DNA of 64,000 bases from an uncultured Thermus sp. (GCA_947085095.1 CAMTVD010000006.1:20911-84910); one strand, 5' to 3'; shown: positions 1 to 8,285, counted from the first letter of the stretch. The notes: generated by a model from the letters alone, not told the origin. Program-made: numbers and translations.

Positions 1-5
1 TTAGC

Positions 6-272
6 ATGAACGAGCTGAAGCTAGACATCCAGATTGACAAGGACGCCGCCATCGGCCGCTACACCAACCTGGCCCTCATCGCCCACACCAAAAACGAGTT
101 CATCCTGGACTTCGCCCTCCTCCAGCCCCAGGGTGGGGCTTTGGTGGTGAGCCGCATCATCACCAGCCCCCAGCACGCCAAGGCCCTCCTCCGGAGCCTG
201 GCGGAGAACGTGGCCCGCTACGAGGAGACCTTTGGCCCCATCCCCGAGCCCGTGGCGGAAAGCCAGGCCTAG
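6..272 (+). CDS. Small conserved protein, DUF3467-like
   Basis: Intact 88-aa ORF starting at ATG. The sequence RYTNLALIAHTKNEFILDFALLQP...SPQHAKALLRSL resembles the DUF3467 family as I recall it. Confidence 0.6.
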   Translation: MNELKLDIQIDKDAAIGRYTNLALIAHTKNEFILDFALLQPQGGALVVSRIITSPQHAKALLRSLAENVARYEETFGPIPEPVAESQA

Positions 273-395
273 CTTTCCAGAGACTCCGCAACGCGACGGG
301 TCAACCGGGGTACAGGAGTGGGCCTTTCCTAAAGTTATACCCTTTCTTCCAGTCGCCTAGACCAAGAAGGCCATTTTTAACGGAATAGCGGGGCC

Positions 396-421
396 CCCAT
401 CCTGGCGCAAGCCAGGATGGG
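396..421 (-). terminator. Hairpin: 11-bp perfect stem (CCCATCCTGGC/GCCAGGATGGG) with GCAA tetraloop
   Basis: Lies 5 nt past the peptidase stop codon (427-429) and between two convergent genes. There is no clear U-tract, so activity as an intrinsic terminator is uncertain. Confidence 0.45.
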
Positions 422-426
422 TGGCC

Positions 427-2232
427 CTAGAGGTTCTCCCGCCACCAGTCCAGGTAGGCCCTGAGCCGGGCCACCCGGCGGTCGGGCCTTCCCGAGCGGG
501 AAAGCTCGTGCCCCTCCTCGGGTACCCGGAAAAACCGGGTCTTCACCCCCAGGTGGAGGAGGGCGGTGTACCAGGTTTCCCCCTGGTCTATGGGGCAGCG
601 GTGGTCCTGCTCGGAATGGACCACCAGGGTGGGGGTCCTCACCCGGTGCACCAGGCGCAAGGGGCTTTTCTCCCAGAGGACCTCAGGGGCCTCCCAAGGC
701 TTGGCAAAAAGCTCCAGGAAGGTGAAGCGGGGGCCGATGTCGCTGGCCCCAAAGAAGCTGAACCAGTTGCAGATGCTCCGGTCGGTCACCGCCGCTCGGA
801 ACCTTTGGGGATGGCGGGCGGTGAGCCAGTTGGTCATGTACCCCCCGTAGCTTCCCCCAGCCACCCCCACCCGCTCAGGGTCCAGAGGGAAATGGGCTAG
901 AACGTGGTCCAAAAAGCCCAGGAGGTCCCCCTCGTCCCGCTCCCCCCAGGCCCCCTCGAGGAGGGCGTAGTCCTGGCCGTAGCCCGTGGAGCCCCGGGGG
1001 TTGGAATAGGCCACGGCGTACCCCGCCTTCTGGAAAAGGGCGAACTCCAGCATGGGGGCCCGGCCGAAGGCGGTGTGGGGCCCCCCGTGGATGTAGAGGA
1101 TCACGGGGTGGGGACCTTCCCCTTCCGGCAGGAGGACCCAGCCCGGGACCTTGTGCCCCTCGGGGCTTGTCCACTCGGTGTAAAGGGGCTCGGCCAAGGG
1201 AAGAAGGGCCTCGTTGGGATCCAGGACCCCCAAGGGCCCCTCCAACCGGGCCGGGCGGGTGAAGTCCTCGGTGAGGAGGAAGAGGCCTTTCTCACCCTTG
1301 GCGAAGGCCAGGACGCTCCCCCCTGCGGGCAGGGCCTCGGCCTCCCCCTCCAGGCCCACCCGGTAAAGCCGGGCCACCCCCTCCTCCGTGCGCACCAGAT
1401 AGACCCCATCCCCACCCCACTTGGGCCCCTGGGTGTGGGCGCCAAAGCGCAGGTCCGAGTTGAGGGAGTTCTGTAGGCTCCCCTCAAAGAGGACCCGGGC
1501 CATCCCCTCCTTCAGGTGGTAGAGCCTGGCCTCCGTCCCCCCACCCCGCTCAAAGGCGTGGCCCAGGAAGAAAAGCCCTTCCGGGCTCCACTCCAGGGCA
1601 AAGATGGGGCCCTCTCCCCCGTAGACCTTCTCCAGACCCTCATCCCTGAGGAGGAAGAGGCTGTCCCGCACCTCCGCTTGGGCCCTCATGTCCTCGGGCA
1701 TCACTAGGTAGAGGCCCTCGGGGGCGAAGACCATCTCCTTGGGGGCGGGGTAGCGGGAAAGAAGGAGACGCTTCTCCCCGTCTTTTAGGAGGTAAAGGGC
1801 CACCTGCCCCTCGGGGAGAAGGCCCTTGCCGTCAAACTTGAAGGGCCAGCCCTCAAAGATCCGGGGGCTTCCCGGCTTGGGGGCCTCCTTCAGAGCCAAA
1901 AAGGCCACCTCGCCCCTGGGCCCCAGGGCGTAGTCCAGGACCCCAGCCGTCTCCGTGAGCCTTTCCGCCTCCCCGCCCCTAAGGTCCAGGCGGAAGAGTT
2001 CCTGTCTCTCCCCCACCTTGCGCAGGAAGTAGACGTAAGGGTCCTGGTAGCGGGGCTTCTTGGCCTCCTCCTGGGTGAGGAAGCGCAAGGTGCCGTCAAA
2101 GAGGGCCAGGCGGGAGCGGTAGCGGGGCGGGTCGCCCTCCACGATGTCCGTGAGAAGGAAAAGGGGCAGGCCCTCGGGGCCAGGGGTGAGGTCCGAGAGG
2201 AAGCGAAGCTTGTAAAGGATTTCCAGCTCCAT
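427..2232 (-). CDS. S9 family serine peptidase (acylaminoacyl-peptidase / prolyl oligopeptidase type)
   Basis: The C-terminal alpha/beta hydrolase domain carries GGSYGGYM (the GxSxGG nucleophile elbow) and HSEQDHRCP...EGH. An N-terminal beta-propeller-like region is present. The part of the track ORF upstream of MELEIL overlaps the divergent Nif3 gene and looks non-coding. An alternative start is at 2256 (MTGQYYGG). Confidence 0.85.
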   Translation of the reverse strand: MELEILYKLRFLSDLTPGPEGLPLFLLTDIVEGDPPRYRSRLALFDGTLRFLTQEEAKKPRYQDPYVYFLRKVGERQELFRLDLRGGEAERLTETAGVLDYALGPRGEVAFLALKEAPKPGSPRIFEGWPFKFDGKGLLPEGQVALYLLKDGEKRLLLSRYPAPKEMVFAPEGLYLVMPEDMRAQAEVRDSLFLLRDEGLEKVYGGEGPIFALEWSPEGLFFLGHAFERGGGTEARLYHLKEGMARVLFEGSLQNSLNSDLRFGAHTQGPKWGGDGVYLVRTEEGVARLYRVGLEGEAEALPAGGSVLAFAKGEKGLFLLTEDFTRPARLEGPLGVLDPNEALLPLAEPLYTEWTSPEGHKVPGWVLLPEGEGPHPVILYIHGGPHTAFGRAPMLEFALFQKAGYAVAYSNPRGSTGYGQDYALLEGAWGERDEGDLLGFLDHVLAHFPLDPERVGVAGGSYGGYMTNWLTARHPQRFRAAVTDRSICNWFSFFGASDIGPRFTFLELFAKPWEAPEVLWEKSPLRLVHRVRTPTLVVHSEQDHRCPIDQGETWYTALLHLGVKTRFFRVPEEGHELSRSGRPDRRVARLRAYLDWWRENL

Positions 2233-2237
2233 GCCCC

Positions 2238-2243
2238 CATAAT
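2238..2243 (-). promoter_or_regulatory. Candidate -10 box TATTAT, 6 nt upstream of the ATG at 2232 (leaderless geometry)
   Basis: The minus strand reads cagTATTATgggggcATGgag. No Shine-Dalgarno sequence lies between the box and the ATG. Confidence 0.35.
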
Positions 2244-2295
2244 ACTGACCGGTCATTCGCCCGCAAGGGGCGCCCTTTTCCGGTAAGCTAGCCCC

Positions 2296-3024
2296 GTGGA
2301 CCGGGACGAGCTGGTGCGCTACTTGGACGGCTACCTGCGCCTTGGGGAGTTTCCCCAGGACCCCTCGCTCAACGGCCTCCAGGTGGAGGGAAAGCCCGAG
2401 GTGACTAAGGTGGGGGCGGCGGTGGATGCGGGGGAGGCCATCTTCCGCAAAGCTTTGGAGGAAGGGGTGGACTTCCTCCTGGTCCACCACGGCCTTTTCT
2501 GGGGAAAGCCCTTCCCCATCGTGGGCCACCACAAGAGGCGGCTGGAGATCCTCTTCCGGGGGGGGATCAGCCTCTACGCCGCCCACCTCCCCTTGGATGC
2601 CCACCCGGGCGTGGGCAACAACGCCGTCCTGGCCCGGGCGCTGGGGCTTGAGGACCTCGAGCCCTGGGACGTGGGGGTCAAGGGGCGGTTTCCCTTGCCC
2701 GTTCCCCTGGTCCAGGTGGCGGACCGCCTGGGGCAGCTCACCGGGATGCAGCCCCTGGTGCACCAGGGGGGGGCGGATGCGGTGGAGACGGTGATCCTCG
2801 TTTCGGGTTCGGGAACGGGCCTTCTGGCCAAGGTGGACGCCGACCTCTTCGTCACCGGGGAGCCCAAGCACGCCGTCTTCCACGAGACCTTTGAACGGGG
2901 GCTCAACGTCATCTACGCCGGGCACTACGACACGGAAACCTTCGGGGTCAAGGCCTTAGCCCAGCACCTTTACGAGCGCTTCGGCCTCCCCTGGGTCTTT
3001 TTGGACCACCCCACGGGGCTTTAG
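2296..3024 (+). CDS. Nif3-family dinuclear metal centre protein (GTP cyclohydrolase 1 type 2 homolog)
   Basis: 242 aa with a GTG start. Motifs LNGLQVEG, LLVHHGLFW, LYAAHLPLDAH and YAGHYDTE are typical of Nif3/YbgI. Confidence 0.8.
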   Translation: MDRDELVRYLDGYLRLGEFPQDPSLNGLQVEGKPEVTKVGAAVDAGEAIFRKALEEGVDFLLVHHGLFWGKPFPIVGHHKRRLEILFRGGISLYAAHLPLDAHPGVGNNAVLARALGLEDLEPWDVGVKGRFPLPVPLVQVADRLGQLTGMQPLVHQGGADAVETVILVSGSGTGLLAKVDADLFVTGEPKHAVFHETFERGLNVIYAGHYDTETFGVKALAQHLYERFGLPWVFLDHPTGL

Positions 3025-3621
<597 letters not shown>

Positions 3622-3628
3622 TGGCCCT

Positions 3629-4117
3629 ATGACCCCCTGGATCCGCGCCCTAGCGGCCTTGGGCTTTCTTGTGGCCCTGGCCCAGGGGCTCGCCTTTCCC
3701 AGAAGCACCCTCTACGTGGAGCAGGGGGGCAAGCGCCACTTCCTCAAGGTGGAGGTGGCGGACACCCCCGAGCGCCAGGCCCGGGGCCTCATGTTCCGCC
3801 AGGCCCTGGCCGAGGACGAGGGCATGGTCTTCCTCTTTCCCACCCCCACCGCCGGAGGCTTTTGGATGAAGAACACCCTGATCCCCCTATCCATCGCCTT
3901 CTTTGACCGCCAGGGGGTGATCCTCCGCATCCTGGACATGGATCCCTGCCGGGCCGACCCCTGCCCCGTCTACCACCCCGGGGTGGTCTACCAGGGAGCC
4001 CTGGAGGTGAACCAGGGCTGGTTCCGCCGCCGGGGCCTCAAGGAGGGGGCCCGGGTGGGGGGCGAGGCCCTGAAGCTGTGGCCGCGACCGTGGAACGGAA
4101 CCCCCTCTTCCCCCTAG
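3629..4117 (+). CDS. DUF192 domain protein with signal peptide
   Basis: N-terminal signal-like MTPWIRALAALGFLVALAQG, followed by GLMFR...MVFLFP...FWMKNTLIPLSIAFFD, which is typical of DUF192. Confidence 0.75.
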   Translation: MTPWIRALAALGFLVALAQGLAFPRSTLYVEQGGKRHFLKVEVADTPERQARGLMFRQALAEDEGMVFLFPTPTAGGFWMKNTLIPLSIAFFDRQGVILRILDMDPCRADPCPVYHPGVVYQGALEVNQGWFRRRGLKEGARVGGEALKLWPRPWNGTPSSP

Positions 4118-4566
4118 CCGCCTTCGCCCTCCTCATCCTCCTCTCCGTCTTCTCCCTCCTGGGCTACCTCCTGGCCGCCCGGCGCTACCCGGGGCCGCCC
4201 CCACCCACGGGCATCCTGGTGGAAACCCAGGAGGGCCCCCGCCACCTCCAGGGCCGCATCGCCCGCACCCCCGAGGCCTGGGGCCGGGGCCTGGGGGTGA
4301 GGGGGGAGGACCTCGAGGCCCTCCTCTACCTTTTCCCTCAGGCCACGGACGCCCCCTTTGGCGCGGAAGGGTACCGCTTCGGCGTGGTGGTGGCCTTCCT
4401 GGACGGGGAGGGCCGGGTGCTCAAGGTGGCCCACCTAAAGCCCGGGGAAAGGGTGGCCCCCGGCACCGCCTACCGGGGGGTCCTGGAGGTGCGGGAGGGC
4501 CTCCTCTCCCTAAGCCCCGGGGACCGGGTGGCCCTTAGCGGGCCGGCCTCTCCCCCTGGCCCCTGA
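4078..4566 (+). CDS. Membrane-anchored DUF192-like protein (divergent tandem paralog)
   Basis: One N-terminal TM helix (PLFPLAAFALLILLSVFSLLGYLLAA), then LYLFP...VVVAFLDGEGRV...GVLEVREG. The GTG start overlaps the upstream gene by 40 nt. An alternative GTG is at 4090. Confidence 0.55.
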   Translation: MAATVERNPLFPLAAFALLILLSVFSLLGYLLAARRYPGPPPPTGILVETQEGPRHLQGRIARTPEAWGRGLGVRGEDLEALLYLFPQATDAPFGAEGYRFGVVVAFLDGEGRVLKVAHLKPGERVAPGTAYRGVLEVREGLLSLSPGDRVALSGPASPPGP

Positions 4567-4960
4567 GGTCCAGGAGGAAGTTTCCCGTGGCGGGGACAAA
4601 AACCGTCTGTACCCCGGGGGCCAGCTTTTCCGCAAAGGTGAGCTGGACCACCTCAGGGGCGTTCTTCAAAGCCCGCCCCCGGAGCTCTATGGCCCTGGCC
4701 TCCCCCTCGGCCCGGAGGATGGCGGCATCCCGCTCGCCCTTGGCCTCTATCACCCGGCGCTCGGCGGCGATCTCGGCTTGCTTGCGGCGGCTGATCTCAG
4801 ATGTGGAACACCACCCCCACGTGCCCCGCCGGCACCACCACAAAGCTGTTGGCCAGAAAAAGAAGGGAAGCCCCAAAAGGGGCAGGGCCAGGCGATTCTT
4901 CGGGGTGAAGAGGAGACCCACCCCCAAAAAGAGAAGCGCAAGACCCGCCAGGTTCAGCAT
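4535..4960 (-). CDS. SPFH/band-7 family remnant (TM segments plus C-terminal coiled-coil tail only)
   Basis: The tail QAEIAAERRVIEAKGERDAAILRAEGEARAIELRG...LKNAPEVVQL matches the C-terminal part of stomatin/HflC-type proteins. The roughly 150-aa SPFH core is absent. The ATG directly abuts the upstream terminator, with no SD sequence. Confidence 0.4.
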   Translation of the reverse strand: MLNLAGLALLFLGVGLLFTPKNRLALPLLGLPFFFWPTALWWCRRGTWGWCSTSEISRRKQAEIAAERRVIEAKGERDAAILRAEGEARAIELRGRALKNAPEVVQLTFAEKLAPGVQTVFVPATGNFLLDLRGQGERPAR

Positions 4961-4996
4961 GAAAAAGTATAAGGCCTGGGGCCAGCCCCAGGCCTT
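4961..4996 (-). terminator. Intrinsic terminator after the FmdB-like gene
   Basis: 12-bp perfect stem AAGGCCTGGGGC/GCCCCAGGCCTT (4971-4996). On the minus strand it is followed by AUACUUUUUC. Confidence 0.6.
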
Positions 4997-5008
4997 TTGG
5001 AAAAGATC

Positions 5009-5221
5009 CTACTCCTTCTTTTCCTCCGACTTCCCCGAGTCCTTCTTGGCGTAGTCCTTCACGTGCCAGCCCGAGCCCTTGAAGATGATGGCGGGCGGGG
5101 TGATGACCCGCTTCAAGGGCTCTCCCGTCTCCGGATGGGCCTTCAGGGGTTCATCGTAGAAACCCTGTTCAAACTCGTAGTAGTTTCCGGTTTCCAAGCC
5201 CTTGTACACGTAGACCGGCAT
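5009..5221 (-). CDS. FmdB-family putative regulatory protein, cysteine-less variant
   Basis: MPVYVYKGLETGNYYEFEQ...PLKRVITPPAIIFKGSGWHVKDYAKK aligns with the FmdB pattern MPIYEYxCxxCGxxFE...FKGSGWYxTDY. SD GGGAGG lies 7 nt upstream of the ATG at 5221. Confidence 0.65.
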   Translation of the reverse strand: MPVYVYKGLETGNYYEFEQGFYDEPLKAHPETGEPLKRVITPPAIIFKGSGWHVKDYAKKDSGKSEEKKE

Positions 5222-5243
5222 ACCCTTCCCTCCCGGAGTCCAG

Positions 5244-5272
5244 TTTGACAATCAAATGTCTTGAGTGTCAAG
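5244..5272. promoter_or_regulatory. Two adjacent 13-bp palindromes, TTTGAcaaTCAAA and CTTGAgtgTCAAG, in a divergent intergenic region
   Basis: Read directly from the sequence. The centres are 16 bp apart. Together they place a TTGACA hexamer on each strand (5245-5250 on plus, 5271-5266 on minus). Confidence 0.3.
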
Positions 5273-5818
5273 ACCCCAGAATGCTACCCTCCTCCCGTGG
5301 ACAAGCCCGCCCTCCGGCGCTGGGCGCGCAAGGTCTGGCGAACCCTGGACCGGGAGACCCTGGCCCGGCAGGTGGTGGAGAACCTGGCTCCCTGGCTGGC
5401 CTGGTGGGGGTTCCAAGACATCCTCCTCTACCACCCCCTGCCCCATGAACTGGACCTCACCCCCCTCCTGGAGCGGCACCCCGCCCGCTACTACCTGCCC
5501 AAGGTGGCAGGGGAAGAGCTTTCCGTCCACCCCTTCGGCCCCCTAGCCCCGGGACCCTTCGGCCTCCTGGAACCCACCACCCCGCCGGTGGACCCCGGGG
5601 ACCTGGACCTGGTAGTGGTGCCTGGCCTGGCCTTTGACCAGGAGGGATACCGCCTGGGGCATGGCCAGGGCTATTATGACCGCTTCCTGGCTTCGGTCCA
5701 GGCGGTAACCGCAGGGGTGGTGCCAGAGGCCCTCCTCCTGCCCCGCCTTCCCCGGGACCCGTGGGACGTGCCCGTGGGCCATCTGGTCACGGAAAGGGGG
5801 GTGCGGCGTGTCCCCTGA
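5261..5818 (+). CDS. 5-formyltetrahydrofolate cyclo-ligase
   Basis: Motifs LLYHPLPHELDLTPLL, YYLPKV and VVPGLAFDQEGYRLGHGQGYYDRFL. The start is uncertain: TTG at 5261 or GTG at 5297. Confidence 0.75.
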   Translation: MSVKTPECYPPPVDKPALRRWARKVWRTLDRETLARQVVENLAPWLAWWGFQDILLYHPLPHELDLTPLLERHPARYYLPKVAGEELSVHPFGPLAPGPFGLLEPTTPPVDPGDLDLVVVPGLAFDQEGYRLGHGQGYYDRFLASVQAVTAGVVPEALLLPRLPRDPWDVPVGHLVTERGVRRVP

Positions 5819-5854
5819 ACATCCTCCAGACCTCTAAGGTGCTACACTTGCCCC

Positions 5855-6466
5855 ATGCGGGGTGCCCTTTTGGACCGGGACGGGGTCCTGCTCCTGCTGG
5901 ACGAAAAAGCCCTTTACAAAAAAGCCTTGCAGCTGGCCCTCCGCGGAACGGGCTTGGAGAGGAGCCTGGCCGTCTTGGTCCGGGCGATGCGGGAGATAGA
6001 GGAGGCGGTGCGGGACCTGAAGGTGCGGACCCCCCTCGAGGAGGAAGCTTTCTGGCGGCGCCTGGTGGCGAAGGTGGCCCAGGAGCTCCACCTTCCCCAA
6101 GCCCACCTCCTGCCCTGGCGCTACTACCGCTTCATGAAAAAGGCCCCCGGGGCGGAAACCCTCCTTAAGGCCCTCAAAGCCCGGGGCCTCAAAATCGGGG
6201 TCCTCTCCAATACCCTGCCCAGCCTGCGGGAAAGCCTGGCCTACCACGGCCTGGCCCATTATGTGGACGGCTTCTTCGCCTCCACCTCGCTTGGGGTGGC
6301 CAAGCCGCACCCCCAGGCCTTCCTCCTGGCCCTCGAGGGCCTGGGTCTAAAGCCTGAGGAAACCCTCTATCTGGACGACGACCCCGAGAATGTGGAAGCC
6401 GCCCGGAAGCTGGGCCTCCGGGCGGAGGTGTACGCGGTCAGAGCACCGGGAGTTCAGCCACGGTGA
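5855..6466 (+). CDS. HAD superfamily hydrolase
   Basis: Motif I LLDRDGVL, SNT, a GVAKP motif and the terminal YLDDDPENV motif. Confidence 0.75.
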   Translation: MRGALLDRDGVLLLLDEKALYKKALQLALRGTGLERSLAVLVRAMREIEEAVRDLKVRTPLEEEAFWRRLVAKVAQELHLPQAHLLPWRYYRFMKKAPGAETLLKALKARGLKIGVLSNTLPSLRESLAYHGLAHYVDGFFASTSLGVAKPHPQAFLLALEGLGLKPEETLYLDDDPENVEAARKLGLRAEVYAVRAPGVQPR

Positions 6467-6965
6467 GTACGTCCAGGTCAGGGGTGCCCTGCCGGAAAGC
6501 GGCGATGCGGGCCACCACCCGTCCCCCAGCCCGGAGAACCATCTTTTCCATGGCCTTTAGGGTCTCTCCGCTGGAGACCACATCGGAAACCAGGGTTGCC
6601 CTTTGGTTGAGCAGCTTTTCCGCGAAGCGCCGGTCCAGCCAGAGCACCTCGCCCACGCCCAGGGTAAGGGTCTGAACCTCCTGGATGATGGGGTCTTCCA
6701 TGTAGGGCCGGCGGCGCCTCCGGGCCACCACATAAGGCAGGCGGAGCTCCTCGGCCAGCACGTGGGTAAGGGGAATGGGGCTGGTTTCCGTGGTGAAAAG
6801 GACCTCGGTGTCCTTGGGCACCAGGGGCTTCAAGGCTTGGGCCGCGGCCCGCACCAGCTCCGGGTCTCCTAAAAACTCCACCAAGGGGATGCGCCGCCCA
6901 GGCAGGGGCTCTATGAGGGGCACGTGCCGGGTGACGCCGCCGATACTGATAGGGTAGGTCTCCAT
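6438..6965 (-). CDS. Type I phosphoribosyltransferase homolog with a degenerate PRPP loop
   Basis: Paralog of the next gene (METYPISIGGVTRHVPL versus [17 protein letters not shown]). Its PRPP motif reads TLVSDVVSSGET rather than the canonical acidic pair. Confidence 0.75.
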   Translation of the reverse strand: METYPISIGGVTRHVPLIEPLPGRRIPLVEFLGDPELVRAAAQALKPLVPKDTEVLFTTETSPIPLTHVLAEELRLPYVVARRRRRPYMEDPIIQEVQTLTLGVGEVLWLDRRFAEKLLNQRATLVSDVVSSGETLKAMEKMVLRAGGRVVARIAAFRQGTPDLDVLTVAELPVL

Positions 6966-6974
6966 ACCGCCCTC

Positions 6975-7511
6975 CTATTCCGGTTTGAAAAGGGGCAGGT
7001 GGCCCAAGGCGACCACGTCCTGGCGGGGCGTGCCCTCGGTGAAGACCGCCAAAACGGCCACCACCTGGCCGCCCACGCTCTCTATGAGTTCCCTAAGGCC
7101 CGCCAGGGTGGAGCCTGTGGAAACCACATCGTCCACGATGGCCACCTTCTTTCCCCGGATCAAGGGAATGTCCATCCCGTCCAAGACCAGAAGCTGGGGC
7201 TTGCCCGTGGTGATGGAAAGCACCTGGCGGCTTATGGGGTTGATCATGTAGGGCTTCTCGGTCTTTCGCGCCACCACGTAGGGCTTCCCTGTGATGCGGG
7301 ATAGGGCGTGGGCCAGGGGCACCGCCTTCACCTCGGGGGTGACCAGGGTGTCCACCTCGGGGGAAAGGCGCTTGGCCAGCTCCTCGGCAGCGGCCTCGGT
7401 GAGCTCGGTGTCTCCTAAGAGGTTCAAAAGGGCTACGGCCACATCTGGCCCCACCTGGACGATGGGAAGCTCCCTCCTGACCCCGGCAATCTCCACAGGG
7501 TAGGTCCTCAC
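6975..7511 (-). CDS. Type I phosphoribosyltransferase (purine/adenine PRT-like)
   Basis: Canonical PRPP-binding loop [14 protein letters not shown]. 178 aa. Confidence 0.8.
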   Translation of the reverse strand: MRTYPVEIAGVRRELPIVQVGPDVAVALLNLLGDTELTEAAAEELAKRLSPEVDTLVTPEVKAVPLAHALSRITGKPYVVARKTEKPYMINPISRQVLSITTGKPQLLVLDGMDIPLIRGKKVAIVDDVVSTGSTLAGLRELIESVGGQVVAVLAVFTEGTPRQDVVALGHLPLFKPE

Positions 7512-7533
7512 GCTGCCAGTCTATACTGAAGGC

Positions 7534-7962
7534 ATGCTGAGCGCCAAGATTGAAACCCTGGGCGTGGACCCCCAGAGCGGCAGCGTGGTGGTCCTGCTCA
7601 GGACCGAGAACGACAAGCTCCTTCCCATCGTGATCGGTCCCCTCGAGGCCCACCACATCATGGTGGCCCTCCAGGGGGAGAAGCCCCCCCGCCCCCTGAC
7701 GCCGGACCTCCTCCTCTCGGTGATGGAGATGCTCCAGGCCAAGTTGCGCCGTGTGGAGATCATAGACCTCAAAGACGGCACCTTCTACGCCCGGCTCATC
7801 CTGGAGCACCGGGGGATTGAGCTGGAGGTGGACGCCCGCCCCTCGGACGCCATGGCCCTGGCCCTGAGGGCCCAGGCCCCCATCCTGGTGGCGGAGGAGG
7901 TGGTGGAGAAAGCGGGGGTGGAGGAGGCCAGCCTCAAGCCCCACGGGGCCGCAGAGGCCTAG
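7534..7962 (+). CDS. Bifunctional nuclease (BFN / DUF151) family protein
   Basis: Motifs LLPIVIGPLEAHHI, RPLTPDLL, FYARLIL and DARPSDAMALALR. Confidence 0.8.
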   Translation: MLSAKIETLGVDPQSGSVVVLLRTENDKLLPIVIGPLEAHHIMVALQGEKPPRPLTPDLLLSVMEMLQAKLRRVEIIDLKDGTFYARLILEHRGIELEVDARPSDAMALALRAQAPILVAEEVVEKAGVEEASLKPHGAAEA

Positions 7963-8276
7963 CCTCCCATGACGTGGACGTGCACGTGAAAGACCTCCTG
8001 TCCCCCCTTCTCCCCCACGTGCACCCGGAGCTTGTACCCCTCTAAGCCCAACGCCCGCGCCACCCGGTTGGCGGTGCGGAAGAGGGCCCCCAGCTTCCTC
8101 TCCCCCTCCGCGTCGTCGGGGTAGTCGGAGAGCTTCTCCACATGCTCCTTGGGCACCACCAGGACGTGGACTGGGGCCCGGGGGCGGATGTCGTGGAAGG
8201 CCACGAAGCCCTCGTCCTCGTAGACCTTCCTAGCGGGAAGCTCCCCGGCGATGATGCGGCAGAAGACGCAGTCCAT
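7959..8276 (-). CDS. HIT (histidine triad) family protein
   Basis: CVFCRII...P.APVHVLVVPKEH and a C-terminal HVHVHVMGG triad. Confidence 0.9.
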   Translation of the reverse strand: MDCVFCRIIAGELPARKVYEDEGFVAFHDIRPRAPVHVLVVPKEHVEKLSDYPDDAEGERKLGALFRTANRVARALGLEGYKLRVHVGEKGGQEVFHVHVHVMGG

Positions 8277-8285
8277 GGGGCCATT

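Noticed and set aside
421-1476. Plus-strand ORFs 421-900, 566-850 and 904-1476
   Set aside because: They are antisense to the S9 peptidase catalytic domain and are low-complexity and Pro/Gly-rich.
2257-2925. Upstream 220 codons of the 832-aa minus-strand track ORF (427-2925)
   Set aside because: It overlaps the Nif3-family gene on the opposite strand and has junk composition. The peptidase homology starts at MELEILYKLRF.
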